A stretch of 12,571 nt of DNA from Nitrospinota bacterium (GTDB lineage: Bacteria; UBA8248): NCBI GenBank assembly GCA_046581755.1, contig JAYGFR010000188.1, positions 1 through 12,571 of the forward strand. The letters are read 5' to 3'. The notes beneath the pieces are model-generated. The model made no database searches and was not told the origin of the DNA. It worked only from the letters and a program-made list of their open reading frames with translations. Position numbers and translations under genes: made by a program. Positions 1 to 9,481 of the stretch are shown one piece after another (the first letter of the stretch is position 1; every line of letters starts with the position of its first letter).

Positions 1-1
1 C

Positions 2-136
2 ACCAACCTGCCGGCCGTCCGGGCGCTTCCCGAAATTCGCTCCCGCTTCCCGGAGATTCCCATCATGACGAGCAACCTGGCGGTCATCCACGCAGCACTC
101 CGGCGCTACGAGAAGGCGTGCTCCACCCCGGCCTGA
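2..136 (+). CDS. 3' end (partial, enters from left edge) of a probable maleate cis-trans isomerase / Asp-Glu racemase superfamily protein
   Basis: The frame starting at 2 reads TNLPAVRALPEIRSRFPEIPIMTSNLAVIHAALRRYEKACSTPA* (TGA 134-136). The '(C)TNL...P(I/V)xTSN' pattern is typical of this family's C-terminus. Too short for the ORF track. Confidence 0.55.
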   Translation, partial: TNLPAVRALPEIRSRFPEIPIMTSNLAVIHAALRRYEKACSTPA

Positions 137-158
137 ACCGCACCGGATCCCGTTCTCC

Positions 159-1040
159 TCATTTTCCGGCAACGATCGCGAAGGCGCCAACGACCGGGAG
201 AGCGCCCCCGACCACCACTCGCCAAGTGATGTTTTCCTGTTTTCGGAAAAAGAACCACGAAAACAGGATAATAAAAAGTACCGAGAGGCGGTTTACCGGA
301 ACCACCTGAACGAGATATCCCGTCTAAATGGCCGTCCAAAACCAAAACGCCGCGGCGGCGTTGAACACCGCCCCCACCAAAGCGATCAGGATACTTCCCC
401 TGCCCTGGGTGCGGGACGACTCTTCTTTCGGAAAACACAGGACCCCTCCCATCACGATGACGGCGGACAAATTTCCTATCCCCATCCCGACGGGAGCCGA
501 TGGAATCCACGCCAGGCCGTAGCGCCGCAGGAGGAACGTCACCGCAAAGCTCAGGGCAGTCAGGAGGGGCGCCAGATAATAGGTAAGAGGGATTTTCTTG
601 CGGACCTCCTCGCCCTCATGAACGAGAAGTGCGCCCCCCAGCATGATCAAAAGCGATCCGGCGATGATTCCCGCGTCCAACCGCTCCCCGAGAAAAAAAA
701 AACGCCATACGCCGTTGACCATACGAGGACGGACTGCATCACGACGGCAGTCCGGAAGACGCCCACGAGGCGCTGGGCGGCGAAACTCATATACCGGCCG
801 AAAAGGGCGCCTATGAGCCCCACCGATACGAACCAAAGGATTCCCCGGACGGGCCAGCGATCCACCCCCCCCGCTCATCCAGTATAAAAAGAGGGCAAAA
901 ATCAGGGAAACCGCGTTCACCAAGCCGGTAATGACGGTCGGGTTCAGGCGGCCCAAGGCCCTTTGGTAGAGGACGCGCGCCACGGCAACGAAAAAAGCCG
1001 CGATGAGAGCCAAAGTATTGGGATGAACGTTTTCGAGCAA
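159..1040 (-). pseudogene. EamA/DMT-family transporter, disrupted (two homopolymer frameshifts plus a nonsense codon)
   Basis: TTG start at 1040. A frameshift at C8 (865-872) leads into the DRWPVRGILWF...WSTAYGVFF frame, and the original frame returns at A10 (693-702) as LGERL. There is an in-frame TAG at 324-326 where the paralog at 11130-12008 has Gln. The frame then continues TGYLVQVVPVNRLSVL...AIVAGK to TGA at 159-161. Colinear with the intact paralog. Confidence 0.88.
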
Positions 1041-1087
1041 ATCGGATATCCCGGAGACGCGAGGGAGCGGAAATTCACGGCCGGGGG

Positions 1088-1834
1088 CTACAGCAGGCGC
1101 CGCTTGAAGAGATCGAACACTTTACCCCACACCTCCTCTGCCGCCTCCCGGTTGTACACCGTCCGCTCCTCGAAGCAGAAGCCGTGCCGGGTGCCGGGAA
1201 AGGTTTTGCACTCGAAGGGAACGCCGTGTTGATTCAGCGCGGCCTCGAGATCGGGGACCACATTATCCGGAACGAGACGATCCACCTCGGCAAACCCCAG
1301 ATAGAGTTCGCCCCGCATCCGGCCGGCCAGCAGATGCGGCGAATCCTCCTCGCCGATCAGCAGGCCCACCCCGTAAGCGAGGCGCCCGCCGCAAAATGAT
1401 CGGGATAGGTTCCAACCGCCGATACGATGGATTGGCTGCTCATGCAGCATCCGATTCCACCCTTCGTGGGGCCTTTTTTAACGTGCGCCTGCGCATCGAG
1501 AAAGGCGAGCATCCCCTTCGTATCCCGCATGATGCGGGCATTGGTCAGGCTGAGGCGGGCAGCCATGGTGACCGCCATCATACTCTCGTCCCGGTTCTGA
1601 TCCCGCCTGTTCGGATCGAAGCGGATATGGCCGAGCCGGTAGTACAGATCGGGCAAAAGACAGAAGTACCCCTCCCCTGCGATCCGGCGGGACATGTTTT
1701 TCAGCTCATCCCGAATTCCGGAGGCGTCCATATATAAAATAACCGCCGGAAAGGGTCCCTTTTCCTCGGGGCGAAACGAATCGGCGGACATCACCCCTTC
1801 TTCCGTGACGATCTCGACGCTTTGCTTCTATCAT
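1088..1834 (-). pseudogene. Dienelactone hydrolase family protein, frameshifted
   Basis: ATG at 1834 with upstream AGGAAG. An extra base near 1825 interrupts MIE/QSVEIVTEEGVMSADSFRP. Motifs: PAVILYMDASGIR, GYFCLLPDLYYR and nucleophile elbow GCCMSS (family GxCxGG). A second frameshift near 1375 joins ASL to YGVG...HGF...AAEEVW, ending at TAG 1088-1090. Confidence 0.88.
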
Positions 1835-2255
1835 TTCTTTTCTTCCTGAGTCATGAATGGATCCGGCCAGCATCAAATTATCTTGATGTATCCACTGCGC
1901 CCTCCGGCCGAGTCCCCCCAGCGGCGCATACCTAAGATGCAAAAACCCAATTTTCACTATTAACATTTCCCGGATTGCATATTTTCCATTATGCCGGAGT
2001 ATTTCTTTTTCTCGGCATAAAAAAGCGGCTAACGGTTGGATCCCACCGAAAAAACCTCTATCCTAATTTCCGTCGTAGCGATAGAACCTCAAATTTAAGG
2101 GTATCCAATTTCATCGCTCACAGCGGATGATATAGTAAAAAAGCTGGTGCAGCTTACACCATTCCCGGTACATAAACTGGCGCCATCCGATCTCACAACC
2201 TTATGAGGAGTTCATCCTTGAGTTCCGGTAATAGTGAATCGGCGAGTCTTCCGAA

Positions 2256-3481
2256 ATGGAACCGGCAAGCCCTCCGGAAGGAGAATCCGGCAGTCCTCCG
2301 ATAAACGAATCGAAGCCCCCCACGGGTAGCGAAACACCTTCCTACAAAAGAGTTGATCCATCCATCTCCATCCTGTTGGCAGAGAAATCGCCCCTGCACC
2401 TGCCGCAATTCAAGGGTATATTCGCCGATTTCCACTTAGCCAATCTGACAATCACGGGAAATGGATTCAGGGCGATCAGTTACGGTAAAGAAAAAATAAT
2501 TCAATCTCATTTTCGTGGGCCATACCCTTTCCGACGTGGACGGCATCTCCGCCATCGAATCGCTTCATAGCAACGGAAAGAACACCGAAACTCCTATCGT
2601 CTACAGCTGGGAAGGAATCGAGAAGACCCTCCTGGAAAGGGCCACCGCCGTTGGCGCAAAATATTTCTTCAAAAGCCGGTGGAAGAAGTTCATTTCAGGA
2701 AAATATTCGAAGACCTTCTCAAGCAATACATCGTATCCTACGACGATGAGCGGGAGCGTGCCCACGAAGCCATGAAGCCGATGGTCCAGGCGGTCGATTT
2801 CGCCAGGAAAATTCGTTTACAGGGAGACTTCGAGGCCGCGAGCCCGCATTCAAAAACGGCCTCGTCGAACTTTTTTGCGGCCTGGCGGAAGTTTATCTTT
2901 CCAGTGGAAACACCTCTTATGCCAATCGCGTTCTCGCCCAGGCGGAAAAGATCGACCCCACCGCGCGCACCCGGTTCAAGATCCGGGAGGAAACCTTCAT
3001 CGAGCGCGGCAAGAAATATCTTTCCAAGAAGTGGCATGACGGGGCGGAGGTCGAATTCAAAGCCGCCCTCACCCTGAACGAATCCAGTGTTTCGGCCTTG
3101 ATCGGGTTGGGCGAAGCCCTCCAGGGGATAGGGAAATCCGAAGCCGCGTCGGAAACCTATCAACGTGCCATCGAGGCGAAGGTAATGGTCGAAGATCGGG
3201 TTTTATTCAACACTCTTGGAAACCTGGCCCTTCGCAAGAAGGATTTCAACATCGCACTCAAGGCCTTCGACAAGGCGATATCCTACTTCCCCCAGGACGC
3301 CGTCAACTATTACAACAAGTCCCTCCTCAATGTCCTCCAAAAAAATTGGGAAAAAGTCACTCCTCTCCTGAAGAAGGCGCTATCCCTCCAGCCGGGATTG
3401 AGGGAGGCAAACATGATGATGCAAAAGGTGGAGAAGTGGAAAAAGATCCCCGCCGCGTCTCAAGCTGCAAAAGCGACTTAA
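2256..3481 (+). pseudogene. Atypical receiver (REC) domain plus TPR repeat protein, split by three frameshifts
   Basis: The pieces join as ISILLAEKS...FRAISYGKEK / FNLIFVGHTLSDVDGISAIESL...TPIV...GAKYFFK / KPVEE... / AFKNGLVELFCGLAEVYL...ALIGLGEAL...FNTLGNLAL...YYNKSLL. Frame changes fall at about 2497, 2672 (A run) and 2842. The N-terminal part has a CheY-like pattern and the C-terminal part has TPR helices. Confidence 0.78.
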
Positions 3482-3532
3482 AGCCGCGACCGTATCCGGA
3501 ACCTCCTCTTATCCGAAGGCATTTCTTTCTGC

Positions 3533-3570
3533 GCGGAAAATAATTCGCCGAATCCGGCGGTTTCTTCCGC
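3533..3570 (+). terminator. Possible intrinsic terminator hairpin downstream of the REC-TPR gene
   Basis: CGCCG-AATC-CGGCG (3546-3559) followed by GTTTCTT, with an outer GCGGAA/TTCCGC pair (3533-3538 / 3565-3570). The stem is short, so support is weak. Confidence 0.3.
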
Positions 3571-3727
3571 TGGCACGCCGCCCCCGTCCGGGGCATTTCC
3601 AATTTATCCGTCCTGAGGTTCGGAATTTTATGTATACTTTGTTGGACCGGGCATTCTATTTTCGGACTTCGTCCGGGGGGCGGCCCTCACCCTCCCGGCC
3701 GGCCTGCATGATTGGTGGAGACCAAGA

Positions 3728-4618
3728 ATGGCTGACATCGACGACATCAAGGACGGCAAGGATTTCGGCGTCGGAATCCCCCAGCGGAACCGGCCGTTTT
3801 TCCTCAAGGGCTCCGGGGCGCTCGACTGGGGGATGCAAAACCGTCTCTCGCGGATTTTCAATCCCGATACCGGTAAAACGGTCATGCTCGCCTTCGACCA
3901 CGGCTACTTCCAGGGCCCCACGACCGGAATCGAGCGCATCGATGTGCAGATCAACCCGCTCATCCCCCATGCCGACGTTCTGATGTGCACCCGCGGCGCG
4001 CTGCGAAGCTGCGTCCCCCCGGAGTCGAACAAGCCCGTCGTCCTCCGGTGCAGCGCTGGCCAGAGCATTCACACCGAGCTTTCCAACGAGCTGGTCGGCG
4101 TCGATATCGAGGACGCCATCCGCCTCAACGCCGCCGCGATGGCGACGCAGATCTACATCGGCGCCGAATACGAGCACAAATCCATCGCGAACCTGGTGAA
4201 ACTGATCGATACCGGAACGCGCTACGGCATCCCGACCTTGGCGGTGACCGGCGTCGGCAAGGACATGGAACGAGACGCCCGCTATTTCGGACTCGCCACC
4301 CGGATCGCGGCCGAAATCGGAGCTCACTACATCAAGACGTATTTTGTCGAGAAAGGATTCGAGAAAGTAACCGCTGGCTGTCCCGTTCCCATCGTCATCG
4401 CGGGAGGCAAAAAGCTGCCTGAGCCGGATGCCCTGGCCATGGCCTACAAGGCCATCGATCAAGGGGCGATGGGCGTGGACATGGGGCGGAACATCTTTCA
4501 GTCGGAAGCCCCCGTAGCCATGATCCGGGCCGTACGGGCGGTCGTCCATGACGGGGAGACGCCGGAGAAGGCCTTCGATTTATTCGAAACCCTCAAGGGC
4601 GAACTCGCTAGAATCTAG
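3728..4618 (+). CDS. lsrF: 3-hydroxy-5-phosphonooxypentane-2,4-dione thiolase LsrF (class I aldolase fold)
   Basis: The N-terminus [13 protein letters not shown]...[21 protein letters not shown] and the motifs [19 protein letters not shown] (catalytic Lys), PIVIAGGKK and [11 protein letters not shown] closely follow E. coli LsrF. GGAG RBS at 3717-3720; intact, 296 aa. Confidence 0.96.
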   Translation: MADIDDIKDGKDFGVGIPQRNRPFFLKGSGALDWGMQNRLSRIFNPDTGKTVMLAFDHGYFQGPTTGIERIDVQINPLIPHADVLMCTRGALRSCVPPESNKPVVLRCSAGQSIHTELSNELVGVDIEDAIRLNAAAMATQIYIGAEYEHKSIANLVKLIDTGTRYGIPTLAVTGVGKDMERDARYFGLATRIAAEIGAHYIKTYFVEKGFEKVTAGCPVPIVIAGGKKLPEPDALAMAYKAIDQGAMGVDMGRNIFQSEAPVAMIRAVRAVVHDGETPEKAFDLFETLKGELARI

Positions 4619-4831
4619 GGGTTCATCCCGGACTGTCGAACCACCCCGCACCTCCGCGCATCTCCGGCTGCAGATAATCCACCAAACGGGCGTATATTCC
4701 CATCGCTGGAGAGAGGATTTACCAGTGAAAGAGGGTCCGTTGCGCCCGAAGAGAAAGGTTTTGGAATTTGAGGGAGTTTACCAGGATATTTTCAGATGGG
4801 TGGAGCCACACCCAGGCGCTTGCGCCGGGCG

Positions 4832-6796
4832 TCAAATCACCCGGTCGCTTCCGCCGTCGATGGGCACCTGGGCGCCCGTGGTCTTGGCGAATAGGGGCCC
4901 GCACATCTCCGCCGCCATCTCGGCTACATCGCGGCTGGTCACCTCGGCCTTCAGGAGGTTGCGCTTCTTGTAGGCCTCCACGCTCAGGCCGTAGCTCCTG
5001 GCGCGGGAGGCGAGGACTTCATCCGTCCAGACGCCCGTGTCGAATACGGCGTCGGGATGAATCATGTTGATCCGGATACCATCGGCCGCCCATTCCAACG
5101 CGGCCACGCGAATCAACTGGGTCAGGGCCGCCTTCGAGGCCGAGTACGCCGCCGCGCCCCGGCCCGGCGCCGGGACATTTTTCGAGCCCACCGCCACGGC
5201 GCGCCCTCCCCGGGGAGACAGCTTGAGCAACGGATAGCACTCGCGCAAGAGGATCAGGTTTGCATCCGTGTTGACCCGCATGACACGGCTCCATTCCTCG
5301 GAGGTGAGTTCGGCGATGTCCCTGCTCGCGGGGAAGATTCCAGCGTTCAGGATGAGCATGTCCAGCCCGCCGAAGCGGCTCACCGCCCGCTCCAGGGACC
5401 CGGCCACCGCGGCCGGGTCCGTCACGTCGCAGGCGAGCCCGAGAAAATCCGGGCGCCCCGAAAGCGGTTCCTCGAACGGGCTCAGGTCCAGGCCCACGAC
5501 GGCCGCCCCGCGCTCATGGAGCGAGTCCACGCACGCGCGCCCGATACCGGATGCGGCCCCCGTCACCAGGGCCACCTCGCCGGAAAACACCCCCTCCACC
5601 GCGCTCAACCGGGCCCGCTCCAGCGCCCAGTACTCGACCTCGAAAATCTCCTGGGCCGGGAGCGCCTGGTATCCCCCCAGCGCCTCGGCGCGGAGGATAA
5701 TTTCAATGGTGTGCTCATATATCTCGGCCGCCCGGTCGGCCTCTTCCGCCGACCTGCCCGCCGCGCAAAGGCCAAGGCCGGCATCGAGGACAATCCGGGG
5801 GGCGGGGTCCACCATCTCCGGGGCCTCCTTGCCGGAGGCCGCGCACTCGCTGAAATACCGCTCATATTCCTTGGCATAGGCGGCGGCGTCCAGCCCCACC
5901 ATGGGCAGGCGTTTGGTGCGGAGGACATGGTCCGGCGTCGCAGGGCCCCGCTGGGATATTTCCGCGACATCCCCCCGGCGAGCAAACGAATCGCCCCGGG
6001 GACTCTCCTTTCTGGAGAGAAGGAGCGAAAAGCCCGCCGCATCGGATATATCCTTCCGCAACGCCGCCAGGGGCGGATTCGAGGCCGAACCCTCCGGTGC
6101 GCCGCTTGGCGGAATCTTCCAGCCGCCCTTTTCGCGGAGATACCACTCGGCCAAGTTCACCAGTTCGATCATGTTTTCGTAGGATTCTTTCGCCGAATTT
6201 CCGAAAGAGAAGATGCCATGATGCATGAGGACGGCACCCACGGTGGCCTCGGCTGATTCCTTCTCGAAGCGCTCGAAGAAGGCCTTTGCGAGGGCAAAAC
6301 CCGGCTTGGCATAGGGAACGACAACCACCCGGTCGCCGTATATCTCCCGGATTCGATCCGCGCCGCCCTCAGCGCTAGAAACCGCGAGGAGGGCATCGGC
6401 ATGCGTGTGGTCCACGAACCGGTGCGGAACAAGGGCGTGCAAAAAAGTCTCGACCGAGGGCGCGGGGGCGCCGGCCCGCACCGTGTGGCTTTTGAGTTCG
6501 TCGATCAACTCGGCGTCGGGCAAGGACTCCAGGCGAATCAGCTTCCGCAGGCGCTCGAGCCGAACCGGCGCGAAGCCAGCCTCCTCGATGACCGCCAAAT
6601 CCTGCCCGCTCCCCTTGACGTAGAGGATATCTTCTTCTTCGCCGAGAACATTCCTCTCTCGGATTTTCACCGAGGTGTTCCCGCCACCGTGGAGCACAAG
6701 AGAAGGGTCTCGTCCCAGGAGACGCGAGGCATACACCCGCTGGCCCAGATCTCCCTTACAGGCAGCCGCCTCCGAATCGTTCCAAAGACTTTTCAC
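4832..6796 (-). CDS. Bifunctional class II aldolase / short-chain dehydrogenase (RhaEW/YuxG-like fusion)
   Basis: Aldolase domain: SRLLG...GGGNTSVK, VKGSG, PSVETFLH, DHTH, HHG, TPDHVLRTK. SDR domain: TGAASGIG, NAG, YSASK. GTG start with AGGAGG RBS (6802-6807); intact, 654 aa. Confidence 0.93.
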   Translation of the reverse strand: MKSLWNDSEAAACKGDLGQRVYASRLLGRDPSLVLHGGGNTSVKIRERNVLGEEEDILYVKGSGQDLAVIEEAGFAPVRLERLRKLIRLESLPDAELIDELKSHTVRAGAPAPSVETFLHALVPHRFVDHTHADALLAVSSAEGGADRIREIYGDRVVVVPYAKPGFALAKAFFERFEKESAEATVGAVLMHHGIFSFGNSAKESYENMIELVNLAEWYLREKGGWKIPPSGAPEGSASNPPLAALRKDISDAAGFSLLLSRKESPRGDSFARRGDVAEISQRGPATPDHVLRTKRLPMVGLDAAAYAKEYERYFSECAASGKEAPEMVDPAPRIVLDAGLGLCAAGRSAEEADRAAEIYEHTIEIILRAEALGGYQALPAQEIFEVEYWALERARLSAVEGVFSGEVALVTGAASGIGRACVDSLHERGAAVVGLDLSPFEEPLSGRPDFLGLACDVTDPAAVAGSLERAVSRFGGLDMLILNAGIFPASRDIAELTSEEWSRVMRVNTDANLILLRECYPLLKLSPRGGRAVAVGSKNVPAPGRGAAAYSASKAALTQLIRVAALEWAADGIRINMIHPDAVFDTGVWTDEVLASRARSYGLSVEAYKKRNLLKAEVTSRDVAEMAAEMCGPLFAKTTGAQVPIDGGSDRVI

Positions 6797-7040
6797 CGCA
6801 CCCTCCTTTTGGGTCTCGTTCTGCCCGACAATTCCGCCGGTGTAAAGACGGGGGAAAATGGGGCTCTTCGGACCGCGCCGGTGAGCTTTTCTCCATTGCA
6901 GGCCCGAATAACGGTGAGAAAAAGGCCTAGGCCGGCCGTGAATAATTCTGCTAGGATAAGCTTATCTGTTCCATCCACCCATTTCACGTCGAGGCGCGGG
7001 GATGCCCGCCTTCTGCCGTCATGCATGCAGGGAGAATACT

Positions 7041-7703
7041 GTGAAGCGATTGCCGAGATACTTCCTTTTCATGATGTTGGCTTTTGCGGCGGCGGTTCTT
7101 GCCACCCCGCCCGCCACCCATGCCGCCCGCAAACCGCCCAAGCGGTCGATCAAGAAAATCGCCGGCGACCTGTACCGGTTCCAGAACAACTTTCACTTTT
7201 CCGTGTTCTTCGTGACACCCGATGGAATCATCGCGACCGACCCCATCAACAAGGGCGCCGCCCAATGGCTCAAGACCGAACTCGCCAAGCGATTTAACAA
7301 GCCGGTAAAGTACCTTATCTACAGCCACGATCATCAGGACCATATTTCGGGGGGCGAGGTGTTCGCCGACACCGCCACCGTTGTGGCTCACAAGAACGCC
7401 AGGGCCGACATCATCGCCGAAAATCGGCCCACGGCGGTTCCCGATCTTACCTTTTCCGACAAAATGACGGTCACGCTCGGCGGCAAAACCGTCGAGCTAA
7501 CCCCCGTCAGAAAGGGCCACTCCGACAACATGATCGTCATGAGGTTCCCGGCCGAACGCACCATTTATGTGTGCGACATCGTTTCGGTCAGGAATGTGGG
7601 CTACAAAACGCTGACCGACGCCTACTTTTCCGAATGGATAAATTCCATCAAGGTGGTCGAGGGGCTCGACTTCGAGATAATGGCCCTGTGGGTGGCGAAT
7701 TAG
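7041..7703 (+). pseudogene. Exported MBL-fold metallo-hydrolase, C-terminally truncated
   Basis: GTG at 7041 with GGAG RBS (7031-7034) and a signal-peptide-like N-terminus (KRLPRYFLFMMLAFAAAVLA...THA). HDHQDH, GHSD and CDIV motifs are present. Homology breaks at 7686 (DFEIMA|LWVAN*), where PGHG and the final helices are expected. Confidence 0.8.
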
Positions 7704-7740
7704 TATTGGATATCGGGCAACGCGAAATGTGAGTTTTAAC

Positions 7741-9344
7741 CCCGGATTTCCCAAATGGATTCGTGATTTCCCCACCATCTAAGATGATTTCGATTTATAA
7801 TTCAATCAGTTAATTCCCCCTACTGCCCGCTGGTGGAGAACACCCGGTGGGTGAAGCTGGATTTCCGGGGGGCCACCATCACCTCGGACGCTGGATTGCT
7901 CGCCTTCCGCGAGCTGGATGAGAGACTTGGGTTGAGCCGGATGGCGGCGGAGAGGCTCGCCGATGGTCGTCTGTGCAAGAACATCCAGCACCAAATCGTA
8001 GCCCTATTCCGGCAGTCGGTCTTCGGGCGCCTCGCCGGGAATGAAGATGTCAATGATGCGGAGCGTCTCAGGCTTGACCCTGCCATGCGGGCGCTCTTGG
8101 GCCATCGAGAGGCCATGCGGCATCGACCAGCGAGATGGCCGCTTCGAGACCCAGGTGCTTGCCACCGAGGAGAACCTGAAAGTCTTGGCCGACCTTTCGG
8201 ATCTGTGGGTCGACCGGGTCCATGAGCGCACGGCCCTCAAGGAATTGGTGCTCGACATGGATAGCTCCGACAGCCCCACCTTTGCTCAGCAGGAAGGCTC
8301 CATCTTCAATGGCCACTTCAGGTGTACCTGCTACCACCCCTTGTTCATCTTCAACCAGTTCGGTGACCTTGAGCGGGCGAGGCTCCGGCCGGGCAACGTG
8401 CACAGTACGAAGGGATGGCGCGAAGCGCTGGAGCCGGTGGTGGCACGCTACCGGGACCTGAAGCTGACTCGTTCCTTACGAGCCGATGCAGCCTTCGCGA
8501 GACTTGAGATTTACGAGTTCCTGGAGGCTGAAGGGTTCTCCTACCCCATTCGGCTTCCCGCCAACCAAAATCCTCAAGAAGCGATCGGCCATATGCTCAC
8601 CCGACCCATGGGGAGACCACCCCTCAAGCCCCAGGTCTTCTACGCGAGCTTCCGCTACCGGGCGAAGAACTGGACGAAGCCCCGCCGCGTCGTGGCCAAG
8701 GTCGAGTGGCACCGGGGCGAGCTCTTCCCCCGCGTGGGATTCATCGTGACGAATTTCAGGTGGTACTCCCGCCGTGTCGTTCACTTCTATAACAAACGAG
8801 GCACGGCCGAGCAGTGGATCAAGGAGGGCAAGCACGCCATCCGCTGGACGCGGCTCTCCTGTCAGAGGTTCCAGGACAACGCCGCGCGTCTTCAGTTATT
8901 CGCCCTGGCCTACAACATTGGGAACTTCATGAGGACACAGGCACTCCCCGATGAAGTGAAACATTGGTCACTGACAACGCTGAGAGAGAAGCTGATCAAG
9001 ATCGGCGCGAAGGTCGTGCGGAACGGGCGAGACATGACCTTCCAGCTCGCCGAGGTCGCGGTATCAAGAGGGTTGTTCGCTGAAATTCTGGGCCTCATCA
9101 GACGACTCCGGCCACTGGCGCGCCCAACGTGACCGAGGCAATGTCAGGCAAGGAGAAGCCACTCATGGGGAGAAGTATGCCCGGGAAGCGCAGAAAAAGT
9201 GAAAAAGCCCCGAATCCCGCCCAAAACCTGCCTGAGGAGATACGCTCTTGGCTCTGGAATGCGTACGCAGAATCGCAGCTTGGCTTAAAATCCCCATTTT
9301 GGGCTACTACAAACCTATTCAAGGAATCAAATGGGAAATGTCGG
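7741..9344 (+). mobile_element. IS1380-family insertion sequence, degenerate
   Basis: Imperfect CC-initiated terminal inverted repeats flank an IS1380-type transposase: CCCGGATTTCCCAAATG (7741-7757) versus the reverse complement of 9328-9344, CCGACATTTCCCATTTG (12/17 identical). No clean target-site duplication. Confidence 0.8.
7847..9132 (+). pseudogene. IS1380-family DDE transposase, frameshifted
   Basis: Motifs: ITSDAGLLAFRELDE, EDVNDAERLRLDP, LDMDSS, CYHPL, LRPGNVHS, RADAAF, FYNKRGTAEQWIKEGK, LREKLIKIGAKVVR. The conserved AASTSEM(G)RFE segment lies in a third frame (8117-8137), implying two frameshifts. The N-terminus looks shortened. Confidence 0.9.
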
Positions 9345-9481
9345 TTCATATGTACGAGGACCACTAGCCGGGCATGCAGCGTTTACATAAGGTTTTGATA
9401 GTCAACGAAAGATTCTAAGGCGCCAAAATATAGAATACCTATAAATTCGGTTTCTAAGTTCCCAATTAAGGAGATTTCTTT

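Noticed and set aside
324..326. In-frame TAG at a Gln position, suggesting TAG recoding or readthrough
   Set aside because: TAG ends lsrF (4616-4618) and the dienelactone hydrolase (1088-1090) at their expected C-termini, and the same gene carries two frameshifts. A CAG-to-TAG nonsense change is simpler.
3571..3590. TGGCACG as a sigma-54 -24 box upstream of lsrF
   Set aside because: No TTGC -12 element at the required spacing.
3656..4549. 297-aa ORF antisense to lsrF
   Set aside because: Shadow ORF expected from GC-rich codon bias; no recognisable motifs.
4619..4831. Possible gene remnant or sRNA between lsrF and the aldolase/SDR gene
   Set aside because: Short open frames exist but show no recognisable motif, RBS or strong hairpin.
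5057..7297. Long + strand ORFs (399 aa at 5057-6256, 298 aa at 6401-7297)
   Set aside because: Antisense or out-of-frame shadows of the aldolase/SDR and MBL genes with Arg/Gly/Pro-rich, non-domain composition.
7041..7703. MBL gene as a metallo-beta-lactamase resistance gene
   Set aside because: The HxHxDH fold is shared by many non-lactamase hydrolases, and this copy lacks the final His ligand.
7736..9348. Target-site duplication for the IS1380 element
   Set aside because: The left flank (TTAAC) and right flank (TTCA) do not match exactly, so it cannot be claimed.
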